Origin: Bacillota bacterium
GTDB lineage: Bacteria > Bacillota > DTU030
DNA: 53,647 nucleotides
Reading direction: 5' to 3'
Assembly (NCBI GenBank): GCA_012518435.1
Contig: JAAYSG010000024.1
Span: 1-53,647 of the forward strand
Shown: piece after piece, positions 44,744-53,647 of the stretch
How the letters are laid out: each line of letters opens with the position of its first letter
Position numbering within the stretch: position 1 is the first letter of the stretch
The notes under the pieces: model-generated
The model's database searches: none
Told to the model about the DNA's origin: nothing
What the model saw: only the letters and a program-made list of their open reading frames with translations
Translations under genes and position numbers: made by a program

Positions 44744-45772
44744 ATGTCAAGGAAAAGTAAACTCTTGTGGCTCAGTGTGATTGTCTGCATGTTGTTAGTG
44801 GCAGTGGCTGGGTGTGGCTCCCAAGAGGCGGCCAACGGAGAAGGGGAAGATGGAGAAGAAAAGGTATTAGTGCTTCGCGCTGGCCACGTTGTAGCAGAAG
44901 AAACGGTATCACACAAGGGATATCTCAAATGGGCTGAGCTAATCGAAGAAAGATCCGGTGGAAAGATGAAAATGGAAGTATATCCGAACTCCCAACTGGG
45001 TGGCAACAGGGAAATGCTGGAATCTGTACAAGCTGGATCCCTTGATATTGTACAACCATCCCTGGCTTTCCTTGGTGGTTTTACCGACAAAACCAAGCTC
45101 TTGGACTTACCTTATCTATTCGATGATGAAAAAGATGCTGAGGCAATTCTAGACGGTGAAGTTGGGCAGGAAATTCTTGGCTCCCTAGAGGACCAGGGCA
45201 TGAAGGGTCTGTGCTGGTGGTTCCAGGGCTGGCGCCATACAACAGCCAATAAGGAGATTCGTTCCCCGGAAGACCTGAAAGGTGTTAAGATCCGCGTAAT
45301 GGAAAATGCTATGCATATCGATCATTTCAAGACCCTTGGCGCAAACCCGATTCCAATGGCCTTTTCCGAAGTGTTGACAGGTTTGCAGCAGGGTGTAATC
45401 GATGCCCAGGAAAACCCCTATGGCAACATTCGCCAGAGCGGCTTTTATCGGGTGAACAAATATATCATCGAAACCAAGCACCTCTACGATCCGATTCCGG
45501 TTATTATGTCCAAGATCACCTGGGACAAGCTAACCGAAGAACAGCGTGAAATTATAATGGAAACCGTTCTGGAAGCCCAAGCATACCAAAGGGAACTAGT
45601 ACAACAAATGGACCAGGATGACCGGGATGCTATTATGGCGGAAGGGAAAAATGAAATAATTGAACTGACACTTGAAGAACGGTTAAAGTTTAGGGAAGCT
45701 GCAATGCCCGTTTACGAAAAATACGAGGATGAAATTGGTAAGGATCTGATTGATAAGGCCCTGGGTAACTAA
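44744..45772 (+). CDS. dctP: TRAP transporter substrate-binding protein (DctP family), lipoprotein
   Basis: It has DctP-family sequence and a lipobox (LLVAVAGC). GGGGGTAAGG SD. Confidence 0.9.
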   Translation: MSRKSKLLWLSVIVCMLLVAVAGCGSQEAANGEGEDGEEKVLVLRAGHVVAEETVSHKGYLKWAELIEERSGGKMKMEVYPNSQLGGNREMLESVQAGSLDIVQPSLAFLGGFTDKTKLLDLPYLFDDEKDAEAILDGEVGQEILGSLEDQGMKGLCWWFQGWRHTTANKEIRSPEDLKGVKIRVMENAMHIDHFKTLGANPIPMAFSEVLTGLQQGVIDAQENPYGNIRQSGFYRVNKYIIETKHLYDPIPVIMSKITWDKLTEEQREIIMETVLEAQAYQRELVQQMDQDDRDAIMAEGKNEIIELTLEERLKFREAAMPVYEKYEDEIGKDLIDKALGN

Positions 45773-45807
45773 GTAAGGTAAATTACTGCTTAGATTAGAT
45801 TGCCAAT

Positions 45808-45840
45808 AATCTGGGGGGGGAGAAGACCTCCCCCCAGATT
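45808..45840 (+). promoter_or_regulatory. Intercistronic stem-loop between dctP and dctQ
   Basis: An 11-bp perfect stem (AATCTGGGGGG / CCCCCCAGATT) with an 11-nt loop and no U-tract. It lies 36 nt after the dctP stop. Confidence 0.5.
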
Positions 45841-46091
45841 ATCACCCTAGGAACCGTTTACTCCAAGCCAATAATGGGGTCCGGTCTAAAGCAGCATAAC
45901 AAAGAATTTCCGCCACTTAGCGATTATTTCGTCCCTTAGATGCTGCACCCCAGGCTTGTTGTAAAATTACTTCCCTAACAGCTCCCAATCCTTTTACTAA
46001 GTTGTGGCAATATCATATTCCTTGGCAAGACGATGAGAAAGATTATAAGTCCATTGTCGCTAGCTTACAGCGTGTGATGGGAGGATTATGC

Positions 46092-46586
46092 ATGAAAACT
46101 CGTTTCATTGATATTTTGGATAATCTAGAGGCGGATATCATTGCGATTTGTATCTTTGTGACCTTACCGGTCCTGGCGGTACAAGTTGTTGCCCGTTATG
46201 TTTTTAGTTACAGTTTTTCTTGGGCCGAACAAGTGGCAAGGATAGGTTTTGTCTGGATCTGTATGGCAGGTATTAGCCTAGCGGCTAAAAAACAGATGCA
46301 CTTGAAGGTGGAAATGGCAACTGAGTATTTACCCAGAAGTATTGCAAAATATATCGAGCTGTTCTCTGACATTTTCACCATTGTCTTTTGCCTTTTTCTT
46401 TCCTATAAAATTGCGGGAATAGTATTCATGCAGTTTACCAAGTGGCAAACATTCCCTTCCATGACCTGGTTACCGGTTTGGGTGATGTATATACCAGGTG
46501 TTTTAGGGACCCTAGGCGTCGCGATTCGTACTTTTATCGTTCGAATTTGCCCTTTACTAAAACACAATGGCAGTATTAAGGAGTGA
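46092..46586 (+). CDS. dctQ: TRAP transporter small permease (DctQ family)
   Basis: It has four hydrophobic helices. ATG at 46092 (MKTRFIDILDN...) lies 7 nt after GGGAGG; the track's TTG at 46002 lacks an SD. Confidence 0.8.
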   Translation: MKTRFIDILDNLEADIIAICIFVTLPVLAVQVVARYVFSYSFSWAEQVARIGFVWICMAGISLAAKKQMHLKVEMATEYLPRSIAKYIELFSDIFTIVFCLFLSYKIAGIVFMQFTKWQTFPSMTWLPVWVMYIPGVLGTLGVAIRTFIVRICPLLKHNGSIKE

Positions 46587-46591
46587 TCTAG

Positions 46592-47881
46592 TTGGCAGGT
46601 GTACTTTTCGGGTTGCTATTCTTGCTTATGTTTCTTAGTGTACCAATTGCCGTGGCCCTAGCCTTTGCCTCTACTGTTGCCGCTATAATTTTTTATCCAG
46701 ATTATAACATGGTGCATTTGGTCGCCCAGGCCACCGTTACAGCCGCAGATTCCTTTCCATTAATGGCAATACCATTCTTTATGCTGGTCGGCACCTTAAT
46801 GGAGAAAAGTGGGCTGGCTAAAAAAGTTATAGACGTCGGGGAGGCAATTATGGGCCCTGCTCCGGGTGGCCTTGGTAACGCCTTGATAGTTGCCTGTATG
46901 ATTTTTGCCGCTATTTCTGGTTCGGGTCCTGCGGTGGTGGCTGCCCTAGGCACAACTATGATTCCATCCATGGTGGAAAGGGGTTATTCAAGTGCCTATG
47001 CTGGTAGTCTTACCGCCGCCGGCGCAACAATTGGCCCCGTCATTCCCCCCAGTATCCCCATGATTGTTTTCGGTGTGACCTCTGGGGTGTCCACAGTAGC
47101 AATGTTTTCCGGCGGGATTGCGCCGGGGATATTGATGGGTGGGGGCTTAATAGCCGTTAATATGTTCATCAGTAAAAAACGAGGCTATCTGGGTAAACCC
47201 AGGGGAGGCGGCCTGGGCTGGGTTATGAAACAGATCTGGTTATCCCGCTGGGCCTTAGCACTGCCGATAATTATCCTGGGTGGTATCTACGGTGGAATTT
47301 TTACTCCAACTGAAGCGGCGGTTATCGGAGCCGTCTATGCATTATTTAACGGTGTATTTATTGAAAAAACCCTTACCCTGTCGGGCATTAAAGATGCCTT
47401 TGTAGAAGCTGGGCTATTAACCTGTACGGGAATGTTTGTTGTGGGTTCTGCAACAACCTTTGGTCGTCTCTTAACTTTGGAGAGGATTCCCCAACAAATT
47501 GCTGAGATGATGTTGGGAATAACCAACTCTCCTGCCGGGATTATGTTCATGATCATGGGCTTTCTTATTGTTACCGGATGCTTTATTGACACAATATCCA
47601 ACGTTATACTCTTTACGCCCCTCTTCCTACCCGTTGTGACATCCCTTGGTTACCACCCTGTCTTTTTCGGGGTTCTCATGACCATGAACCTTTGCGTGGG
47701 TATGATTACACCCCCCGTTGGTGTGAATCTTTATGTAGCACAGGGTATATCCAGGGCATCTTTAGACACCCTAATAAAAGAATCAATCCCTCTCTTGGCT
47801 ACCTTATTCGTCGTTATCGGTATAGTAGTCCTTTTCCCGGAAATAGTGCTCTTTCTACCAAGATTACTTGGCACCCTATAA
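46592..47881 (+). CDS. dctM: TRAP transporter large permease (DctM family)
   Basis: It is a polytopic DctM sequence, paralogous to the ORF at 20575-21858. TTG start lies 8 nt after AAGGAG. Confidence 0.9.
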   Translation: MAGVLFGLLFLLMFLSVPIAVALAFASTVAAIIFYPDYNMVHLVAQATVTAADSFPLMAIPFFMLVGTLMEKSGLAKKVIDVGEAIMGPAPGGLGNALIVACMIFAAISGSGPAVVAALGTTMIPSMVERGYSSAYAGSLTAAGATIGPVIPPSIPMIVFGVTSGVSTVAMFSGGIAPGILMGGGLIAVNMFISKKRGYLGKPRGGGLGWVMKQIWLSRWALALPIIILGGIYGGIFTPTEAAVIGAVYALFNGVFIEKTLTLSGIKDAFVEAGLLTCTGMFVVGSATTFGRLLTLERIPQQIAEMMLGITNSPAGIMFMIMGFLIVTGCFIDTISNVILFTPLFLPVVTSLGYHPVFFGVLMTMNLCVGMITPPVGVNLYVAQGISRASLDTLIKESIPLLATLFVVIGIVVLFPEIVLFLPRLLGTL

Positions 47882-48114
47882 TCCCATGAGAGGAACTGCG
47901 AGACTACCGAAAGGGTACAATGTCTTAGTTGGGAAATAAGATAATTTCGGTGGTCTCCAGCCATACTTAGACTACAGTCAAAACTATGGTATATGTTAAC
48001 TGCACCCCTTTCCTTTGGCTGAAGGGAGAGGCTAGGCCTGGATATTGTGCGGAACCTTCGTTGGACCACGATGATATGTGTTGTGTGTACCACAACTAAG
48101 GAGGTAGGAAAAGA

Positions 48115-49293
48115 ATGCGTAACTATGAAGATTATGAGGTAATAAGGCTTGCCAAGGAACTGGTAGCCATCGAGAGTACGAACGTGGGAAAGTTTGAAAA
48201 GGAGATCGGAAATTTTATCGCAGAGTGGTTGGAAAGGGAAACGGGGCTGCCCGTAATAAAGGATGAATTTGCTCCTGAACGTTTTAATGTGGTATGTGTG
48301 CTCCCGGGCAAAGTAGAAGATCCGGCCTTTGTCAGTATGCACCATATGGATGTTGTACCGGCTGGAACTGGCTGGGAAACGGATCCCTTCCAGGCCACTA
48401 TAGTTGGGAACAAAATGTATGGTCGAGGCACTGCTGATATGAAGTCGGGCCTTGCGGTGGCAATGATTACCTTCCGGGATATGGTAAAACTGGCACAATC
48501 GGGCAAGGAACCCAAGCGCTCCCTTGTTTTTATTGCCACAGGTGATGAGGAAGGCGATGCCATGATGGGTGCCATGAAGGCTCTGGAGAGTGGTTATGTT
48601 ACGGGCAATAGTTTTGTATTGGATCATGAGCCAACCAACAACAACATTTATGTGGCCCATAAGGGTAAAACCTGGTTCAAGATCACAGCCATTGGGGCCT
48701 CTGCCCACGGATCATTTCCTTGGGTGGGAGTGGATGCCATTAGCGGCATGGCAGAGATAGTAAGAAATATCCGCAACAGGGTGAACGAACTACCCTGTGA
48801 AGATGAGTCCTTTGGCCGTAGTTCAGTCTGTTTTGGTACCATTAATGGTGGCTTGAACACGAATATGGTGGCGGAGAGCTGTACCGTAACCCTAGATATG
48901 CGTTTCCCTCCTAATCTAACAAATGAGGATACCATAAAATTAGTGGAAGAGGCCTGTGCAGATGCCTGTAAAGTAGTCGAAGGCCTAAAAACATCCATTG
49001 AAGTTGTAGCACAAAGGCCTTGCGTTAAACAGGACAATTCCTCCGTTTTGCTGGCAAAACTCCAGGAAATTATCGAGGAGGTAACGGGCAAAAGGGCTGA
49101 AACACCTGTTTTCACCGGCTATACCGATACTGGGGTAGTAGCGGCCGAAACAGGCAACATAAACAGTATGTCCTACGGAATAGTCGGTGATAAGTATCAC
49201 GAAGCGAACGAATGGGTGGACTTGGATTCTGTCCTGCGGCTTTACGAAATATCCAGGAAAATCCAGGAAGAAATGGTCTTTAATTTCGAATAA
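48115..49293 (+). CDS. M20-family metallopeptidase (ArgE/DapE-like)
   Basis: SMHHMDVVP, YGRGTADMKSGLA and ATGDEEG metal/catalytic motifs. AAGGAGG SD. Confidence 0.85.
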   Translation: MRNYEDYEVIRLAKELVAIESTNVGKFEKEIGNFIAEWLERETGLPVIKDEFAPERFNVVCVLPGKVEDPAFVSMHHMDVVPAGTGWETDPFQATIVGNKMYGRGTADMKSGLAVAMITFRDMVKLAQSGKEPKRSLVFIATGDEEGDAMMGAMKALESGYVTGNSFVLDHEPTNNNIYVAHKGKTWFKITAIGASAHGSFPWVGVDAISGMAEIVRNIRNRVNELPCEDESFGRSSVCFGTINGGLNTNMVAESCTVTLDMRFPPNLTNEDTIKLVEEACADACKVVEGLKTSIEVVAQRPCVKQDNSSVLLAKLQEIIEEVTGKRAETPVFTGYTDTGVVAAETGNINSMSYGIVGDKYHEANEWVDLDSVLRLYEISRKIQEEMVFNFE

Positions 49294-49503
49294 CCCCTTG
49301 CAGTAACCCAGAACCATTAGGGTGCAGTTAATAACCACAAGGCGGGCCTGAAAGACAACCTACGCGAAACTCATTTTCGGGCCCGTCACAATAAACTTTA
49401 TTTTAGGTATCCACGGGGCCAGTGCCGATTTACCACCTGTACCCATGGCCCCAAAAATATACGCCCGGGTATCAACAAGATCTTTGCAAAGGGATGGTGC
49501 TGT

Positions 49504-50472
49504 TTGGTCGCGCATAAAGTGGTGATAACCGATAACATATTTCCCAATCTTGAAATGGAAAGAAGGAGACTATCTGCCGTAGGTGCGGAATTAATAGAGG
49601 CTGATCCGCAGGCGGATATGCTTACACAAGTAAAGGATGCCGATGTTATCATAAATGTGTATTACAAAATCACAGCGGATCTCATAGAAAACCTGGAAAA
49701 ATGCCGCCTGATCATTAGAAATGGCATTGGTTTCGACACCATTGATGTTGCAACCGCATCGAAAAAGGGAATTATGGTAGCAAATGTGCCTACTTACTGC
49801 CAGGATGAGGTAGCCACCCATACGGCGACTTTGATCCTGGCATGTTCACGTAAAATAACCTATTTGAACCATAAGGTAAAGGCGGGCAGCTGGGATTACA
49901 AGTTGGCAGAACCCATCAACGCACCCCGGGTTAGTACGGTGGGTCTGGTGGGCTTTGGTCGGATAGCCCAGACAGTTCGGGCCAAGATTAAATGTTTTGG
50001 CTTTAGGGTAATATCCTTCGACCCCTATGTGAGCCAAGAACAGGCTGACAAACATGATATCACCATGGTGGATATGGACACATTGATCAGGGAATCTGAC
50101 TACATATCAATCCACTGCCCGCTAACGGATGCGACAAGGCATAGCTTTAACTATGAAACATTTAAACAAATGAAACCCACCGCCTTTTTAATCAATACCT
50201 CCCGTGGTGCCGTGGTGAAGGAAAAGGAGCTTGTGCGAGCCCTTGAGGAGGGCCTAATCGCTGGGGCCGCTTTGGATGTTCTAGAAACGGATGGAATTGA
50301 CCTAAACAACCCTCTCTGCCATATGGACAATGTGATCATTACACCCCATGCTGCATGGTATAGTGAACAATCCATCATCCAAAGGCGGGAGGATACCATG
50401 GAAAGTGTTATTAGAGTGCTGCGGGGCGGGGAACCTGTATCCTTTATTAACAAGGATGCCCTCAAGGGTTAG
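49504..50472 (+). CDS. D-isomer-specific 2-hydroxyacid dehydrogenase (NAD-binding)
   Basis: The GLVGFGRIAQ Rossmann motif, INTSRGAVV and ITPHAAW (catalytic His region). The start is uncertain (TTG 49504 or GTG 49519) and no strong SD is present. Confidence 0.8.
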   Translation: MVAHKVVITDNIFPNLEMERRRLSAVGAELIEADPQADMLTQVKDADVIINVYYKITADLIENLEKCRLIIRNGIGFDTIDVATASKKGIMVANVPTYCQDEVATHTATLILACSRKITYLNHKVKAGSWDYKLAEPINAPRVSTVGLVGFGRIAQTVRAKIKCFGFRVISFDPYVSQEQADKHDITMVDMDTLIRESDYISIHCPLTDATRHSFNYETFKQMKPTAFLINTSRGAVVKEKELVRALEEGLIAGAALDVLETDGIDLNNPLCHMDNVIITPHAAWYSEQSIIQRREDTMESVIRVLRGGEPVSFINKDALKG

Positions 50473-50538
50473 AGGGGCTTTGCTTAAGTCAAGGCAATAA
50501 GGGGGATGGTATTAACCAGGGCAAAGGGGGATGGACAG

Positions 50539-51690
50539 ATGGTATCTGAGGTTGTGGATCTTACACAGGCATTGATTAGAATACCCAGTGAAAACCCAAG
50601 GGGTAGCGAAAAGGAAATAGCTACTTTTGTCGCAGATTGGTTCAGATCTATACCCGGTGTTGGGGTTAAGGTATATGAGGTTAAACCGGGTCGCCCCAAT
50701 GTTGTGGCAACATTAAAGGGAGGGGGCAAGGGGCAGCTTGTTTACCTGGGGCATATGGATACTGTACCCGTTGGCCAGGGGTGGACCCAGGATCCCTTTG
50801 GTGGTGAAATAATAGATAACAGGATATACGGTCGGGGCTCGGTAGACATGAAGGGCGGCTTGGCGGCGATAATGATTGCCCTAAAGAGAATAGCTAATTT
50901 GGGAAGCTCCCATAAGAAGGATTTCGTTGTCTGTGCGACTGTAGATGAGGAGGGCCCCGATATGTTGGGGGCTTTGGACCTAATCGAGCGGAAACTAGTT
51001 AGGCAGGATGCAACCCTTGTTGCTACAGAACCAACGGGATTAAAATTGGCAGTTGCCCATAAAGGTGTAGTATGGTATGGGATTGAAATCTATGGTAAAA
51101 ATGCCCATGCCGGCAATCCCCATGTCGGTGTGGATGCCATCATGGCCATGGGACAAGTAATTACCGCCATAAAAAACACCATACATGCCCTGGAATACGA
51201 AAGCAAATATTTGGGCAAAACCTCCATTGCCTTCGGCAAGATCCAGGGCGGAGAAAAAACCAATGTTGTTTCCGATTACGTGCGCTGTGAAGTGGATATC
51301 CGCATTGTTAAGCCCATGACAATAGCTAACCTTACTGAATTGCTTCATAAAACTGTTGCCCATAGTATTCGGGGTACTGGGGCTACCTTTAAGATAAGTC
51401 ACATCAATATTGACAGACCCCCGGTCGAGGCTCCAATCGATTCTTCCTTTGTGAAAACCATTAGGGAATCATACCGGGAAGTAAGTAAAACAGACTTGGA
51501 ACTTTTCGGTTTCCCGGCCTATACAGATGCTTCTATTATTAGCGCCCGGATGGATAACCCCAACTGCTATTTATTTGGACCCGGAGCACTTACCATGGCC
51601 CACGTGGTGGATGAGTGTGTGGCCGTGAGTGACCTTGAGAAGGCGGCAGACGTGTTGACAACAACCGCTAGAGAATATTTGAACTCATAG
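50539..51690 (+). CDS. M20-family metallopeptidase (ArgE/DapE-like), second paralog
   Basis: LGHMDTVP, YGRGSVDMKGGLA and TVDEEG. ATG at 50539 (MVSEVVDLTQALIRIPS) follows AAGGGGGA; the track ATG at 50506 abuts its SD. Confidence 0.85.
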   Translation: MVSEVVDLTQALIRIPSENPRGSEKEIATFVADWFRSIPGVGVKVYEVKPGRPNVVATLKGGGKGQLVYLGHMDTVPVGQGWTQDPFGGEIIDNRIYGRGSVDMKGGLAAIMIALKRIANLGSSHKKDFVVCATVDEEGPDMLGALDLIERKLVRQDATLVATEPTGLKLAVAHKGVVWYGIEIYGKNAHAGNPHVGVDAIMAMGQVITAIKNTIHALEYESKYLGKTSIAFGKIQGGEKTNVVSDYVRCEVDIRIVKPMTIANLTELLHKTVAHSIRGTGATFKISHINIDRPPVEAPIDSSFVKTIRESYREVSKTDLELFGFPAYTDASIISARMDNPNCYLFGPGALTMAHVVDECVAVSDLEKAADVLTTTAREYLNS

Positions 51691-51759
51691 GTGTTGGTGG
51701 GGGGAACCGGAAGTGGGGCCTTGGGGGGAGAGTAAACAATTGGAAAGGAGTTTTGGGAA

Positions 51760-52980
51760 ATGTTGGAGAGCAAGATAATGTCTACTGCCAGTGCCATGTA
51801 CAATGATATGCTTGACTTTGCCCAAAGACTGGTGCAGACCCCAAGCATCACAGCCCAAGAAAAGGATGCCGCTGATTTAGTTTTAGCAGAGATGCGCAAG
51901 TTGGGTTATGATGAAGTCTTTCGCGACAAGGGCGGCAATGTTGTGGGGATTATTCGCGGCAGCGGTGGCGGGGAACATATTATGTTTAACTTCCACCTTG
52001 ATCACGTCTCCCCCGGTAATCTAGAAGAGTGGGAATATCCGCCTTATGATGGCGTGATAGCCGATGGCTATCTACATGGTAGGGGGGCAAGTGATACCAA
52101 GGGAGCCACGGCGGTCCAAGTATACGCAGCTGCCTGTATTAAAAAGGCCGGCGTTGCAACCAAGGGGGACATTATTGTAACCGGGGTTATCGATGAGGAA
52201 CCCGGTGATATGTGGGGAATGCAGTTGCTGGCCAAGGATGTCCTGCAGGATTACCCGGGGAAAATTGCCTTGGGGGTTTTGGCCGAAGCCACCGGGCTTG
52301 ATATTTATTTAGGCCACCGGGGACGTGTGGAAATTGAATTGAGCACCCTGGGCCAGATAGGACATAGTAGTGCGCCATGGCGGGCTACCAATGCTGTGTA
52401 TAAGATGAATCCCATTGTCCGTGCCCTGGAGAAAATGGCAGACAAGCTACCCGCCGATGATTTTCTGGGTAAGTCCAGTATCAGCGTGACAAATATTGAA
52501 TGTTCCCCGGGTTGGGGTAGTATTGTTCCCGACAAGTGCACAATATTTATCGATAGGCGCTTTTTGCCATCTGAAAACAAGGAAACAATATTGGCCGAAA
52601 TTGAAGGCATAATTGCGAAATGTGCACGGGAAACCGAGCTCCGTGCAACTTACGAGATTAGGAAATTAGCCCATACAAGCTACACTGGCATTGAAGAAAC
52701 TGTAGATCTTTATAAGCCGGCATACTTGGTGCCCAAAGATGATGTAAATGTTCTTAAGACTGTGGAGGCATTGAAGAAAGTGGGGCAAAATCCCGGTTTC
52801 GGCCGCTGGGATTTCGGAACCGATGGCCCCTGGACAACTTTAGAGTTGGGCATCCCAACCATTGGTTATTCACCGGCGGAAGAAGAATACGCCCACACCA
52901 CGGAGGATAGAATATCATTGGATTTGATGGAAAAGGGACTTATCGGTTCCATTGCCATTGCGCTGGAGATAACTAATTAG
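51760..52980 (+). CDS. M20-family metallopeptidase, YgeY-like
   Basis: It is collinear with E. coli YgeY as I remember it: DMLDFAQRLVQTPS..., HGRGASDTKG, GHRGRVEIEL...GHSSAPW...NAVYKM, DFLGKSS...DRRF. GGAAAGGAG SD. Confidence 0.8.
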   Translation: MLESKIMSTASAMYNDMLDFAQRLVQTPSITAQEKDAADLVLAEMRKLGYDEVFRDKGGNVVGIIRGSGGGEHIMFNFHLDHVSPGNLEEWEYPPYDGVIADGYLHGRGASDTKGATAVQVYAAACIKKAGVATKGDIIVTGVIDEEPGDMWGMQLLAKDVLQDYPGKIALGVLAEATGLDIYLGHRGRVEIELSTLGQIGHSSAPWRATNAVYKMNPIVRALEKMADKLPADDFLGKSSISVTNIECSPGWGSIVPDKCTIFIDRRFLPSENKETILAEIEGIIAKCARETELRATYEIRKLAHTSYTGIEETVDLYKPAYLVPKDDVNVLKTVEALKKVGQNPGFGRWDFGTDGPWTTLELGIPTIGYSPAEEEYAHTTEDRISLDLMEKGLIGSIAIALEITN

Positions 52981-53097
52981 TCACGAAACTCAAGGGATAT
53001 CCATTCCCTTTCCTGTATAGTACCATAAATTTTAACTTCTCCATGCAGATGTGATTGGTTGGTGCAATTCCCAGTAATAGTAACTTGGGGAAGAGGT

Positions 53098-53124
53098 AGG
53101 GGGGAATTTCCCCCCTAATTTATT
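53098..53124. terminator. Probable terminator after the M20 cluster
   Basis: AGGGGGG-AATTT-CCCCCCT hairpin followed by AATTTATT. Confidence 0.5.
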
Positions 53125-53519
53125 CTGGGCTCTTTCAATTTTAAATTTGTAAGGAGAGAAATGAATAACCCTATGTATTTGCATATTAGGGGGGCCACTG
53201 GCGGAAAATAAAATAAAGAAGGTTGTTTACAGCGATTAATAAAATAGATGCAAAAATAAGCAGGACTTTTGGCCATTATGTAGAATAGGGTTATAGGTAT
53301 GCATGATGAGCAAAAGTATTGCATATAATGCAATTAATTCAATGGCCCCTTGTTTTTGCCTCCATGAGTTTATATTCTGGTACTTATATTATAAAAAGCC
53401 CAGACCGTTTGCTGGCATATCTGTAAAAGCTTGCGAGGGTTGTAAAATTGGTCATATTCCCTCAGATAGTAAAGGAACTGTGGACTAAATATTTTAGGAA
53501 TTGAAGGGAGGGGTGAGTT

Positions 53520-53647
53520 GTGTACAGTGTTCAGGAAAGTGGGCAGCAAATTGTCTATAGGGATGATACAGAAGGTCAGGTTATCACCTTACCAAGGGAA
53601 AATTTTGCCGAATTAATAACCATCGAAGATCCGGCCATGGCCCAGAT
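53520..53647 (+). CDS. Hypothetical protein, 5' fragment (runs off the window)
   Basis: GTG lies 6 nt after GGGAGGGG and the frame stays open to the window end (VYSVQESGQQIVYRDDTEGQVITLPRENFAELITIEDPAMAQ). No family recognised. Confidence 0.3.
   Translation, partial: MYSVQESGQQIVYRDDTEGQVITLPRENFAELITIEDPAMAQ

Noticed and set aside
47731-48708. A 325-aa minus-strand ORF, one of the longest in the track.
   Set aside because: It runs antisense across the dctM 3' end, an intergenic spacer and the first M20 gene, all of which have strong family signatures. Its translation has no recognisable motif, odd composition (His/Phe/Ile-rich with low-complexity runs) and no SD.
53115-53488. Small ORFs at 53115-53333 (minus strand, 72 aa) and 53303-53488 (plus strand, 61 aa) in the AT-rich tail region.
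   Set aside because: The DNA is AT-rich, the translations are Phe/Ile/Tyr/Cys-rich, and there is no SD. The two ORFs overlap on opposite strands. This is most likely non-coding promoter or terminator DNA.
1-53647. CRISPR arrays, tRNA/rRNA genes, intact IS elements, integrases, toxin-antitoxin pairs or defence-system signatures.
   Set aside because: I saw no regularly spaced direct repeats, no cloverleaf-compatible 70-90-nt segments in the intergenic regions I read, and no transposase, recombinase, nuclease or ATPase defence-type ORFs. RecD2 stands alone with no partner genes suggesting a defence role.

Overview
This looks like a chromosomal segment from a Gram-positive, spore-forming Firmicute of Clostridia/Peptococcaceae type. 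Supporting signs are G-rich Shine-Dalgarno sites, cwlD, frequent GTG/TTG starts and lipoprotein-anchored TRAP binding proteins. No rRNA, tRNA, CRISPR array or intact mobile element was found.

Layout:
1. 1-1100: end of a ribosomal protein operon (rplM-rpsI) with its promoter, a possible leader and a terminator.
2. 1283-3254: a family-4-like uracil-DNA glycosylase and a CapA-family protein.
3. 3383-26736: a roughly 23 kb N-heterocycle catabolic island, bounded by strong terminators and carrying two PucR-family regulators. It has two modules.
   - A reverse-pyrimidine-type module: PyrC-like cyclic amidohydrolase, M20 N-carbamoyl-amino-acid amidohydrolase, PyrK/PyrD-like class 1B dehydrogenase, a TRAP transporter and an MFS transporter.
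   - A module I consider the most novel feature of the window. One operon encodes DUF2877, FdrA, an unannotated 57-aa ORF, two tandem DUF1116 paralogs (the E. coli AllFGH oxamate carbamoyltransferase families), a cyanuric-acid-hydrolase/barbiturase-family ring-opening amidohydrolase and an AtzC/cytosine-deaminase-like amidohydrolase. A stand-alone carbamate kinase and a secreted lipoprotein flavoprotein reductase lie nearby. I infer an anaerobic pathway that opens a ring to an N-acylurea, transfers the carbamoyl group to phosphate, and makes ATP.
4. 27007-37575: MATE efflux, PPC/DUF296, cwlD, an AmmeMemoRadiSam-type pair (LigB-like::AMMECR1 fusion plus radical SAM enzyme), a DUF1461-type membrane protein, an unexplained ~370-nt GC-rich region with structure-like features, a small Lys-rich ORF, recD2 and an M19 dipeptidase.
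5. 38034-52980: a second, more AT-rich accessory island with an IclR regulator, a LarA-family racemase, an amidohydrolase, a C45 peptidase, a second TRAP transporter, three M20 peptidases (one YgeY-like) and a D-2-hydroxyacid dehydrogenase. Part of it is flanked by ~0.8-1 kb of gene-free, decayed-looking DNA.

Several ORF-track starts were revised using Shine-Dalgarno spacing and known family N-termini. All functional calls rest on motif recognition by eye and were not checked against databases.
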